From assembly GCA_002633005.1 (NCBI GenBank), contig NMRA01000364.1, positions 57,075 to 121,074 of the forward strand: a stretch of 64,000 bases of DNA. The letters run 5' to 3'. The stretch comes from Phoronis australis (taxonomy: Eukaryota; Animalia; Phoronida). Numbering within the stretch: the stretch's first letter is position 1; the number at the start of each line of letters is the position of its first letter. Shown in pieces: positions 12,716 through 26,300 of this stretch. The notes beneath the pieces are model-generated. The model was not told the DNA's origin. It saw only the letters and a list, made by a program, of their open reading frames with translations, and did not search any database. The translations under genes and the position numbers were made by a program.

Positions 12716-14161
12716 TACAGCTCCACAATACCTAGATAGACTACTATGAAATGGGGTCATTATTCAACGTTTTTTGAACTCAAGCTTTTAACTTTTTGCC
12801 ATCGAAAGCACACAATCCATGCACCCCCATATGTCCTTATTCAGGCTTGTCTATATCCAAAATAACGAGTTTTGTTGAAGAAATGTTTAACTTAGATATG
12901 AAGCTGCTTTCCATCACGAACAACAACTTTGATTTAGACCACATACCATTTTGAAACTGTTTACACATTGTTTCTTAATCACTTTGGATGATTTTAGTGC
13001 TTCAAAAGAACTGACAGTTTGCTGGTGCCTAAGATCAGGCTCTGCAAGAAAACTTGCCTCAGAGAGTCATTTTGTGTGCTGAGCACAGTGTTAACACATC
13101 ACTGTCTGTCTGTTCTTTGCAATACCAGAAATCCCTTCCCACCTCAGTGAGAGACCAATTTTACAATGGTAAGTGGTCTAAATCACAAGTTCCAAGACAG
13201 AACGCGGGTTGATAACAGCTTAAAGTATTTATAATTTCAGCATATGCACCTATGCCTTGCTCATACATGCATATCAATCTTAATTTGGAAATTTTGTGTT
13301 TTGAGTCCATTCTTAGAACTTAAGTCGGCACCTGAATGTCCACATTTCATCCCATAACACTCTGTAAGACAACTCAAGCTTCAGATTAATTAAAAATTTT
13401 TAATCCTTGGTTTTACTCCAGTGTTTCACGTAAAGCCACATACTGTCATTTTCTGATACAGGCGCAGCTTCACACATTATGCGGTAATGAGTAATGAAAT
13501 TACTTGGAGGGCATCAAAGAAAAATCTTCGGACTCCTATTTGTAGAAATCATAGAGATACAGAATAATTTTAAATTTCAGAGCATTTCTTGAAACAATAG
13601 GATTTGTCTAACACAATGGGATATTCCCCACAGAATCACATGGCACTTTTCCAACACAAACGGAGTCAAAATCCATTCCCACAAAATATCTCGACCTCTA
13701 ACATAGCTGCTAAACTAAATGGAAATCAAAAGTTGTGCTCACTTCAGCACAAACATTTACTGAGACAATAGGCACTTTTCCACATGCGCCTTTTAGACCA
13801 AAGACAGCGAATATCACATTCCTCAATAATCCTAAATCCAGCAACAGGAAGGTGGTGAAAATAAGGTAATATCCACCATCTGCCACAGTAAGAAAACAAC
13901 AAAACCATAACAAGAGAACAATAGTCATGAAATTTGCTAAATTTGACTGCCCTGCATGGCAAAAGACTTATTTAATCACTTAAACTGGTATTACAAATCA
14001 CAAAGTCTCATTCATATTTGGCGGAATGAGAGCGAGGGGGGGAGACTTGAAGCGTAAAATGTGTCAAGCAGGCCATAATACAGTCAACCCAGTGAAAAGC
14101 TCACATGGCTAATAAACGTAAATTCACCAAAATAGAATCAATGGAATGCATAACAGGAATG

Positions 14162-14398
14162 TCACATTTTTGTCTGAACATCAACATGAACAAAATCAAC
14201 ATCACTCGGTTCGCTGTTGTCATAAACTGGACTTTCATGCACCTGTTCTTCATCCAACTTTTGATACTTGAATTGCGATTCATGGTCGTTATTGTCTGTC
14301 GACTGTCCGGTGACAGAACCGGCAATCTGCACTTCATTTGCTACAGAGGGCGATTGATGGATTTCGGTGTAAACGTCATCGCTGGGCAAACCAGAAAT
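14162..14398 (-). CDS. IGDB-like exon 33: cytoplasmic tail and stop
   Basis: tttcag acceptor, phase 0; ISGLPSDDVYTEI...FKYQKL...VYDNSE...VDVQTKM*. Confidence 0.8.
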   Translation of the reverse strand: MSGLPSDDVYTEIHQSPSVANEVQIAGSVTGQSTDNNDHESQFKYQKLDEEQVHESPVYDNSEPSDVDFVHVDVQTKM

Positions 14399-17300
14399 CT
14401 GAAATGTATCGTCATCAACTCTCATAACATGTATCACAGATAAGAGTCTCAGGGACCTAATTGTGATCGCACGAGAAAGAAATGTTGCAATTATATTCTA
14501 AATCCCAAAACGATGCAACTACATCCAATCGTACTTTGTATTCAGGTTAATTACTAAATAGCGTCATACACCACTTCGATGAAATTGATACCAAAAGAAA
14601 ATCTAAGACATGGTGTCTCAGCTATGGCTGGATAAACAACCTTTGAATAGACTAACTCCTGGGGTGTGTTTCAAGAAAAGTGACTTAGGACTTGAGAGAG
14701 AAAATTTGTTCTTACGCTCCCCCTTCACATTTGGTAAATAAAGTTTGAGCCAAGTGATTATGAGTGCATAACAGTCTAGAAATGATTTATAGAAATTACC
14801 TCTGTTTCAGTAACTAGCAGTGATATATTTTCTGAAGTTTTGCAATTCTGTTACACTTTTCATGAAACAAGAGCCTGGTATGCCATTTATTGTTTGGGTC
14901 AGGGCGCCATCTATTGTTTGGGTCAGGGCGCCATCTATTGTTTGGGTCAGGGCGCCATCTATTGTTTGGGTCAGGGCGCCATCTATTGTTTGGGTCAGGG
15001 CGCCATCTAACAGCTGTGATCTGGGTTTCAGTTCATATTCATGTCGTAAGTCGGTCAGCTTGCTTAGCTAATTACCACAACATTTGACACTTACCTGTAC
15101 ACGAGGGTCGTGTTGCCCCCCATTGGTGGAATAGTATGTTTGGTTCTCAAATGACACAGACTCCTTGACAACAGGAGTACGTCTTCTTATTCTATAATAT
15201 CAACATAGTGAACAAACATTGTCANTTTGTTCTTACGCTCCCCTTTCACATTTGGTAAATAAAGTTTGAGCGAAGTGATTATGAGTGCATAACAGTCTAG
15301 AAATGATTTATAGAAATTACCTCTGTTTCAGTAACTAGCAGTGATATATTTTCTGAAGTTTTGCAATTTTGTTACACTTTTCATGAAACAAGAGCCTGGT
15401 ATGCCATTTATTGTTTGGGTCAGGGCGCTATCTATTGTTTGGGTCAGGGCGCCATCTATTGTTTGGGTCAGGGCGCCATCTATTGTTTGGGTCAGGGCGC
15501 CATCTATTGTTTGGGTCAGGGCGCCATCTAACAGCTGTGATCTGGGTTTCAGTTCATATTCATGTTGTAAGTCGGTCAGTTTGCTTAGCTAATTACCACA
15601 ACATCTGACACTTACCTGTACACGAGGGTCGTGTTGCCCCCCATTGGTGGAATAGTATGTTTGGTTCTCAAATGACACAGACTCCTTGACAACAGGAGTA
15701 CGTCTTCTTATTCTATAATATCAACATAGTGAACAAACATTGTCACAACCTAGTAACACTAACACACTTGCGTAAACTATGAACTAAAAGTTAAGTATTA
15801 TTCTGATCTTTACACTTACGATGAGGACGTTTGCCAAAACAACACTCTACCGTTCTTCCAAACTGGGAGTTATAAAAGTGAAGAATTACAGTGTAGTTGA
15901 CAAAAAATGCTGGCTTAAATTTAGGTCAACCCAGTTCAGATCAGCAACCAAATATCAGCCTTTCACTTAAAAGCATTACCAATGGATTTATCCCAAAGCA
16001 ATGTGCAATTCACAACCCATTAACAAACCCAAGGTCAAATGTATGAGAAGAGAAGGCTGTGCTCAGACTTCACAACAAGGTGGATAAAAACATACCAAAA
16101 AAAAGTGTTCTTCTGTATAATGTTGCTAAATGTTGATCTTACATTCCAGTTGTTATGATGTGATTATTTTTTAAGTCACAACACAGCAGAATCTGAGTCA
16201 CTGTGTTCCACAAGAAACTTGTGAGACAGAATGCGAGATCAGGCACTTTGGTAGTAATGCACGGTGATATCTCACGAAGACTTGCGTAATCTTGTGCTTT
16301 CCTGACTTTCTTGTGTTTGGAGAGCGGAGCCTTGTATTCACTTTAATGAATCAGTTCCGTGAAGAAACGATGTTTGAAATTACAAAAGACTCAAAACATG
16401 AGAAACCGATAAGAAACTTAGAGCTGTTATCAACAAGAAAATTTAAATTGAATAACAAAAACCAACATAAGTCAAACAGAAACAAACCTGGTAACGTAGC
16501 AAGCCACCATGACAACAATCACTATGACAACCAAGGTAGATACACCAACTCCTACCCCAATGGCAACAGGTACTGAAAAGACAAGTCACACGAACGGTAT
16601 TCATAAAAACTACGAGAAGCAATATTGGGCTACCGAGTGTATTCTATAAACTATACGGAATAGAACATGTCCCTCTCATGCATTCAAGTAAAAATAATTG
16701 TTTTTCAAAAGCTGTTCCCAACGAACAATTCCACTCTACAGTCACGGGTCTTAAAAGTATTAAATATAAAAATGAAATAAATAACTTAAGATATTTTTAC
16801 AAGGATTAACATTCATCTATATTTTCCTACCTTCTCAAGCTGAAGAGCACATAGCAAGAATTATGATGTACACGTTTCTTACAGTTTTTATTCCATTTTT
16901 TGAGAAATTCAACAAAACAAAAATTCAGATTTCCACTATTTTGTGTTTAAAACTAGTGAACTTAATGCAATTTATATCGCAGAAAGAAATCAGCTTAAAA
17001 ATGCCTGAGAACAGTGTTTGCCACTGAAAAACAGTTCAGAATCTGGTCAATAATGAACCATCAGTCTAACAATAAAATAATTAGCCACAGTCGAGTTGCA
17101 TTGAGCATTCGTTGTTGCTTGATAGCCACTCATTCAACAATTATTCACTTTCAGAACCTTTCTATGTCAAGGTCAAGTTTATTATGTTACGTGGAGTACA
17201 ACGAAAACTGGTGGTTATTTTAACTGTGATACACATTACCATAATGTGGGTCATAAGTCAAAACATTATATTCATAAGCACGCAACATGCTCAGTTGTAT

Positions 17301-20300
17301 TCATAAGCACACAACATGGCCAATTGTATTCATAAGCACACAACATGCTCAGTTGTATTCATAAGCACACAACATGGTCAGTTGTATTCATAAGCACAAA
17401 ACATGGTCAGTTGTATTCATAAGCACAAAACATGGTCAGTTGTATTCATAAGTCAAAACATGGTCAGTTGTATTCATAAGCACAAAACATGGTCAGTTGT
17501 ATTCATAAGCACAAAACATGGTCAGTTGTATTCATAAGCACCAAACATGGCCAGTTGTATTCATAAGCACCAAACATAGCCAGTAGTATGCGTAAGCACC
17601 AAACATGGCCAATTGCTTTCATAAGCACTCCAGCTGTAACTAACTTAAACGACAAAATTACACTATAACTACTACACAGACTGTCGCTTCTCAAATTTCA
17701 AAAACTAAAACTAATCAAAGTTTCACCATGTGTTATTGGATGACAACATGCTAAAATGAATTAAACTTTTCATTGTTGGCTTATGAACTGAAGAAGTTAT
17801 ATGTCACTCTTTGACAGTTGGCAAGTAAAAAAATGACATAAGTTTTGGAAAGAACAAGACACTTTGTGTATTCAGACAGCAGTCACTGTAGTCAGCTCAT
17901 CACTTCAAGAATACAACTGAATGCAACTGAACACAACACTTTAGATCAAGCTTACATGCCACACCCTTCTGTGGGGATGGTGTCTTCCCTGGTAGAGGCT
18001 TGTTGAATGTGGCCAACTTGATTGAGTACGTGCTAGGCCCACTCCCATACACGTTGACAGCCTGAACGTAGATCTCATACGTGGTGTTAGATAGGAGATT
18101 GGTCAGCAGGGCATATGGCTTGATCGTTGAAATCTGCAAAGCACAACCACAGTTAGAGTGATGTCATTGGTAACATATTATGGGTTACTTTCCAAGTGAC
18201 ATACTGTAATCATGCAAACACTCTATTCATGTACAGCAATATCTACCATTTTTGGCCAACGCTTATAGGTGAAAATTGACCTAAACGTTTCAAAAGCTTC
18301 TAACATTGTTTTTCAAAAGATTGTTTGGTGAATTTTTAATGTGTATCATGAATAAAGTGTTTCATTCACTTTTATCATAATAATATATTAACTTTGCATA
18401 CGATGTAGCAAATGACTGTGCCGACTACTTGCGTACATTCCAGGAATAGGTTGGCCCAATACCAAGCATTGGGCAAACTTCATTACTTTAACTGCTCAAC
18501 CAAAAGCATTGTTCAATATTATGATGTTCAATAGCATGATCAACAAGTCTTCTTCGACTGATCCAGTGGTCACATCATACCAGTCAACATGGCACATGCC
18601 ACATGTGGTCAGAGAAAAAGTAATAAAAACTTACCTGCACAAATTTGCCTTTCATGAGGAGACGGTTGTGGTTTATGTGTCTATAGAACACTTGATACCT
18701 GACGTCAAAGTGGCCTGGGATGGCGGGCGGTAACCAGGTCACGTTGATGTTAGTGTAGTTGAAAATACGAGCTGCCAACTGCCGGGGGACAGATGGAAGG
18801 ACACCTAGTGAGAGGAAATAAAAACAGAAGCTTGAATGAGAGTAAAACAATCGGATTTTTGTTTACCAGATTTTAAACCAATTCGACTGCTGGTCATAAA
18901 TGATCGGCGCATTTCATTTCACATGACCAGGGTTTAAGCAACTGATTTCAACTGCATAGATTAAAAAACAACATGATTATAAACGCTAGGATACTATTAC
19001 TTATAACTGTGCTCACTTTTCCAAACACTAATTGAATAAACCTCTTGAAAAAGTGCATGTGATCACATCAATTGCTGAACCACCACAGATAACTACCGCA
19101 CTGACCATGTGAGCATTTTATGAAACAACAAACAACGGTCACATGGGATTGAGTAGAGTACTCATGCTGCCACCTGTTGGTTTACAACTACTTCCTTGAC
19201 ATTCTTTTGAATTAATGCAAAGAATCTCCTGTATGTTGTATAGGGAAAGCTGCTTGCCACGAATACTACACAGTCACACATGAAGACAAATACTATACAG
19301 TCACACATGAAGACAAATACTATACAGTTACACGTGAAGACAAATACTATATAGTCACACAATGAAGACAAATACTATATAGTCACACAATGAAGACAGA
19401 TACTATACAGTCACACATGAAGACAGATACTATATAGTCACACAATGAAGACAAATACTATATAGTAACACAATGAAGACAAATACTGTGTAGTCACACA
19501 TGAAGACAAATACTATACAGTCACACAATGAAGACAAATATTATACAGTCACACATGAGGACAGATACTATACAGTCACACATGAGGACAGATACTATAC
19601 AGTCACACATGAAGACAGATACTATATAGTCACACATGAAGACAGGAAAATTATCCTTCAACCATTCCAAAGCTTGTCACATGTCTTTCTGGGAAGCTAC
19701 GTCACATCTTGAATTTTATTTCATTTTGTCTAGTTTTTGCAACAATAATTACGATTAGAGTAAAAATAAAAACAAAAAATATTTGTTTAATATAATATAG
19801 CAACTATTGATGTTGTTGATTTAATTATGTCTGCCATCACCTCGGTAAGTCGCATAGACTGGCTCACTGTCTGCGCTGGAGCCAAAGTTATTGGACGCCT
19901 TCACCCATATCTTGTACACGTGATTCGCTAACAGATGGTGCGATGATATCACGTATCGAAATTGGTCGTTCTTCTAGAAAAGAGAAAAAACAGCATAGCT
20001 GAAGATAGACATGATTTTATTGGTATTATGTAATAATAGATGAAACAAGTATGTTTCGAAATATCGTGTGTCTTAATTATGTCGCTAGGTCAGTTACTGT
20101 ATCTATGTTCAGTTGAGAGTAGAGTTTTGTTCCGAAAGTATGAACGCAACGGAATAAAGACTGTGAACAATGAAAAGTGTCGTGCATTTAACAAATTCTG
20201 TATAACAGAAAACTTGCTCCCGAAGTACAGTCAATAATAGATGCGCGTATTTTATGTTCTGGAAAACCATTTCACAAGCTTCAAAATCTCCCCATCTTCC

Positions 20301-23300
20301 ATCAGGGAAGCTTTTGATATAGATCACTTGCTCCTTTAGACAAGACAGTATTCATTTGTTCCATACTCAAGAGAGGAAATGTCTCTGAGCAAGGAAAGTA
20401 TTGGCATGTTGCCAATGTTTGAGATGTGGCACATTACATAACATGCTCCATCATCACCTGCCCACAGATCATGGCTGTAAGCAATAATGAACTGACAGTT
20501 TTTCCCAAGCAACGAGATCACCTGTAATCCAAGCAAACAATTAGTTGACACCAGTTTTATAAACATAAATTGTCCAAATCAAATGTTTCTCTGACGAAAG
20601 GCACGAATTCATAAAAGCTTTAAATTAACCCTGATGTTGTATTAATATTTTGCAAAATGTACGTCGGGATAATTACATACCAGTTAAAAATATAGTACAA
20701 ATTCCAGGTTTTAAAAATTTCCAGCTTCTTATCCAAGCACTACAAAAGCAGCCACCCTCTGTCTTTGGTCAAAGATGACTCAAAACTCCCAAGGACTACA
20801 GTACAAGACAAAAGTAATCAGACAAAATACTGCTTTCTCATCATAACGATTAGTTCTGATAACAGCCAAAACGACTATTATGGTGGCAAAATTCTAATTA
20901 CAGAACAGCTTAGCCATCTTATGAACTTTCCTTTTAATTCACCTTCATCAGGGGAGACTACTTCTGCCCAGCCATCGTGACAGGAAATTTCAGGTCATTT
21001 TGTCTGAATACTTTTGGCTCGTGCTGTATCTTAGTCAAACTCCCAGTAGCTAGTGGCTACCCCCACCCTACTTCAACACCATACCTGAGATCAACCACTG
21101 GGTAACCCTATCTAGCACCACACCACAATCGCCACTCACCAGTACTGCCTCATGCGTCTCCATTGACAACGTCTGCTGATACAGTACATGGTAGTTTTGT
21201 ACCATACCATGGTTCTTAGATGGGTAACCCCACTCCACCAATAGGCCTGAGTCACGAGTTGGCGAGTAGAACATAGTAGCATTCACATGTAGAGGGGGTG
21301 ACGGTATTTTCTCTGAGACCAAAAATAAAAATATGACTTAATACTAATTAAGACTACTCTTAATACTAATTAAGACTATTAGGGCAATCAATGCAATTTA
21401 AAGTAACATTAAAGTCAAACGCATAGTTGGTTCTGGTCTGTAGTCTGACACATTTTGAGTTCTGAGTTCACCAACTACACAAAGAAAACGCCGGCTGGCA
21501 TCAATTTCACAATGCTGCAGTCTGGTGTTTTTTTTATAAGCTGCGCAAAGACACCTAAGCAAGAATAAACAAGGTTTGAAAATGCATGGTTTGCCAAGCG
21601 ATCAGTAAAAAACAAATCCTGCATCATCATCTCAAGTGTATTTTCCTTTTTGAACAAGAGCAACGCTAGAGCGTTGACATTCGCCCACGGTGCTTCGCAT
21701 GGGATATGGTTCTAAGGGCCACCAGGTAATGCTGCAGTAGTCGCAACAGCCCGAAAATGAAATGGTGCCCGTGCACTGTCATCATGTAATGCTAAATTTT
21801 ATTAAAATCTGTCAGTCAGTTCTCTAGATATAATCCAGAAATGCTCGTCCCCAAAACAATACTTGAAAACCCTGGTTGAGAACAAAATGGTGCCGGCACA
21901 TGGTCATCATATATAAATATGCAACGTTTTATTGAAATCCCATCAATCGCTTCTCTAGATATCATTCAGAAACACTCTTCCCCCAAACAACACTTGAAAA
22001 GTGTCTTGTTACGATGCTGCAGTGGACAAATCCACCCTGAAAATGAAGGGTCCGGCCCACTGACATCACATATGTCTGTGTCCAGTTTTGTTGACATCAA
22101 TCAACAGTTTTATTTGAATATCACCCAGAATTGCTCTTCCCCCAAACAGCACATGAAAACCCCTTGCGAACAAAACGGTCACAAGGAGGTGCTGCAGTAT
22201 TCGAATCTACACAAAAAATTAACATGATGGCGCATACATCTGTGTCAAGTTTCATGAAAATCAATCGGTTCAAAGGACACCATCGGGAAAATGTGCTTCC
22301 CAAAATAGCCAGTAGGAGGTGCTGAAATTGTTTGAATCCATCCGAAAATCAAATGTGCACTGACATCGTATTACTTTGTGACAAGTTTTAAAAAAATCTG
22401 CCAATGAGATCTTTAGATATCATACAGAAATGCTTTTGCCCCAAACACCAATGGAAAGTAGAAAACAAAATGGCCACAAGGAGGTGCTATAGTGGTCGAA
22501 TCTGCCCGCAGGCTTAATGGTGCAAACTGTAAGTCTGCATATTCATTTTTTCACAACCAATTCAAACCGATCGACAAACATTACATCACATCAAGACGAA
22601 TAATCATACTCGAAACATATACTGCTCACCGTGACCCATCTGCAGACATTTGATCATGACGGAAGTGAAGCTGGCACACAACATGGCTGACTCGAGTGGT
22701 GGTTGTCCGAGGCCGCGACAAGTGTTCAGACACGGAGACGGCACACCAGCATCTCTACAGCACACTGAGTGGTCCCTGCCATCTGAAGGGAGCAGAAGAA
22801 AGCTGGAGATCATTGAAAATGTATTCACTGATACTCCGTCTGCTTCTTCAGTTAAAAGTTTCATAAAAAGGGTTCAACTGTAAACCAGCCCAGTTACTTT
22901 ATTCCAAAATGACACTCAACACATAATTAGCAAAAGTTGTAAAACAATTTTTGAATTTCTGGTGGTGCACCAACAAAATGGCCGCCACTGTTCAATAGCA
23001 TTGAACTTAATTTTGACAAAATGCCATTAGAATGTACAAATACATGCAGGTTGACCTTATTTTATTGGTGCCATCTTCTTTAATTTAAACTGGTGAAAAT
23101 GAAAGAAAGTGTCTCTCGAAAATATCTCGTCCCTATAGTTGCATTAAGTCTCCTAATATCTAAAATCTCTCGGCCTAAGGTACGTCACAATCTCAAAGAA
23201 GTCTTCGAAAGTAACTTTTAAGTTTCTCCAGAGAAGGTTGTGGACCAAGCCATAAAGAAAACCAGGCAACTGACAACATTGGTGTAACAGCAACATTTCA

Positions 23301-26300
23301 TACAAATATGCAGAACCTGCATACAATGTCAGTTTAGTTTAAAGCACCTAAAGCATTAAGTCAAGGAAATTAACTTTTGACTTCGACAACTTACTGCTAC
23401 AAAATTCAATGCTACTTGTTGCTTATTGACATGAGATGAGGTTTTTTAGGTTGGAAATCAAGAAATGACAGAATGTTATGACTTGCAAGCATGCCCGTGA
23501 CAAGTGAACCTGAAAGGGTCTGTTCTCAAGCAATGACAAACTATCAGTTCCCGTTAAGTCCAGAAATCACCTCTCATTTAACCAAGAAGCAACACGACAC
23601 CAATTCATAACAGTGAGTGGTCAAAATCAAAAGTTAGCATTTGCGCTGTGGAAGGCAGATTTATAACAGCTTTAACTATCTTTTTAAAGAAAAAATAAAT
23701 TATGTATTCATAATAAATATTCTGCAGTTGTAGTACTAACCAGCCTGGCACTGAATGATTTCAGTGGACACATTAGCGCAAGAGGCCAGCCCATCAGGTG
23801 GCAGCTGAGACAGGTCAATCTCGAATGCACAAGCTACTAGGCATTTGGAGGGAATATTCTTCTTTATGCAACAATCTGGAAGAAATGACACACCGCTTGC
23901 AACACAATGCATTACTATAATTTAAAATTCAAAAAACCGTGTGGATGCACATTCTCCATTTCATGTTTATTTTATGCATTACGTGGAAAGGAAAAACGGG
24001 TTTAACTGGACACTCAGCCTCGTCTTACCTCTCACATTCGGCACTGGTGGCAGAGGACTGGGAGTAACTGGTGGAGTTGGTAGTCCATTGGACAGTTCTG
24101 AAACAAGTAGGTGTACGCTGGGTTAAAGAAACTGAGTAGTACATATACAGTGTATGTTCAAAATGAAAATTATCAACCCCCCCCCTTTTGACAAAAGGAG
24201 AGTTTACAAGAAGCCTTATTGATTGTATTAACTCTTTCAATGCCAATGCCGCCTCGTGGCGAATTCGCACGCGACTCGCCTGAATGCCAATGTCACCTTT
24301 TGGAGACTTAGGTATCTCCCTCCGTTGTTTTGCTGTATATACGGCCACTTTTTGTTAGTCATTTGTTTGGCATAAACAATTGTTGAAGTCCTTTTTTCTT
24401 GAAATTTCAAGCGATTTTTGACAATGATATGTCTCAACTACTGGCATCAAATCTATGGGTGCCTAGCAAAAACTTTATACGAAAACTTTTCTGAAACTTC
24501 ACGGACATGTACGAAATCCGCCTATAGTTCACTATCCATTTTGTATTCATGTTTATCTTCCAACAATGTTATGAACACTTTTTATGCATTAAAAAAGTAG
24601 CAATGTCAGTAACAAAACAACAAATCTACTACTGATGCAAACCCCTAACAATTATCAAATCAAAATATCCCACCTTGCACCAGAATGTCAGCCTTAGCCA
24701 GGCCTAGGCTGTTATTCCCGTAACACGTGTACATGGTAAAGTCAACATAGGTCACGTTCCTGATGAGCAGGTAAGCCACTGTTCCCACAGAAACACCATC
24801 ATAGACAAATCTGACCGAGTATTTCCCACTGCGAACGATGATGGTATTTTGTCTAGTCCACCACGTGCGGGTGACGTTACCCTCAAAGAAGCACTCTAGC
24901 CGGACTGTTCGGCCCCTGTTGGGTTCAATGTCGACCACTGACTGCGAGACACGAACAATGGGCTTATCTGAAAAACAGTGTTATGCTGAACACTTTTTGA
25001 ACTCATGAAAAATTCCTCAGAGACTACCTGGACCCAGGATGACAATCCTAAATCGAGAATCAACTCAAAACTGATATTGTGCACAATATATATAGATTAT
25101 TACATGGCGAAGTCGTTATCCCCCGTTATCTAGAGCCTGAGTGGATTTTGGAGAATTATCGCCCGAGGGGCGTTAGCCCCGAGGGTGATAATTCTCCAAA
25201 ATCCACGAGGGCTCTAGAAAAAGGGGATAACGGCTGAGAACACGTAATAATCTATTTATACCACATACTAAAAGAGAAACATTGCAATGAATCGATTTAC
25301 CTTTTCTGACTCTCCACCGCTTTGTAACTACTTTCTATGTCAGAGGCCCGGGGTCGGAGAAAAGCCGAGCTATTTTTGTCAAATAATGCTTTTACTCAAA
25401 GCCAATTGAAAACTTAAATATAATAGAAATAAATTAAATTTATAAATTAAGGTTTACCAACTATTATAGCTTAAAACACGTTTTTTTCACGCTAAGCTTC
25501 GACCGGGAAATTATCGTCTGCTAAAGTAGGTTACCACTGGTAACTGAATATAATTCTCAAGTCAAAGATCCTGACGACACGATACCCGCATTCAAACTGG
25601 AGATCGGTGATTTACAAGTAAGAGGACATGAGAGAAAAATTTCACTGAATTAAGATATCATTTTTATGGAAATTATGTGTCTTATTTTTCGTACCGTATA
25701 AGTACAGTACAATGCGGTTTGTTGAACGTGCGATTATTGCGCGTGCTCATTTAAGTATTCTATTGTCACTCTTGATGACGTTAGTCGCTGCATGGTGTAG
25801 TGGTAAAGTCGGCGACCAGCAACTCCAGGGTCCTGGGTTCGACTCCGTCCTCGGTTTCCCACCAAATCGTTATCTCACTAGTGAGATAACTTTATGGGTT
25901 ATTACACGGTTGTATCTGCCATTCGAGGCTAATATTGTGGTATAACAAAGTATAACAAGCGATTAGCAGATATTTAAATTGAGTCTCAAAGTAAACCTTG
26001 GTTGACACGGAGCCGGCTATCCCTCCCTTCATTTGTTTTACCAGGGAAACATTGCGTGAAGTGAGCTTCTTGCAAGAAAAGCAAGATCACGCAAATAACG
26101 TGAGCAAAAGGAGAATGTGTTGCAAGCTGGGAGCCATACAGTAAAAAGAGGGCACCACTGAGGTGATTGGTGGGTGAGGCTGGACTGTTGAATTGTGGGT
26201 AAAACATTTGAGGTTCCTGTTCCATGAGTTTAGTCTCGTTTGAAAAAAAATCACCTTATTGGAAGTATTTCATAAGTGTCTCGCGTTACACAATGCACCC

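Larger units (their letters stand above)
14705..15745. repeat. 520-bp near-identical tandem duplication separated by a single N (probable assembly/haplotype artefact)
   Basis: 14705-15224 versus 15226-15745, N at 15225, only scattered substitutions. Confidence 0.9.

Noticed and set aside
14820-15608. ORFs with IVWVRAPS or LLFGSGRH peptide repeats
   Set aside because: They are translations of the 24-bp minisatellite inside an intron of the opposite-strand gene.
17270-17628. 29-bp repeats of CRISPR-like length
   Set aside because: Units are head-to-tail with no unique spacers, there are no cas genes, and the context is a eukaryotic intron; it is a minisatellite.
19162-19712. ORFs with HEDRYYTVT or CDCIVFVFM repeats
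   Set aside because: They are translations of the 27-bp minisatellite.
25784-25864. Functional tRNA gene
   Set aside because: A and B boxes are present but the acceptor and anticodon stems do not pair.
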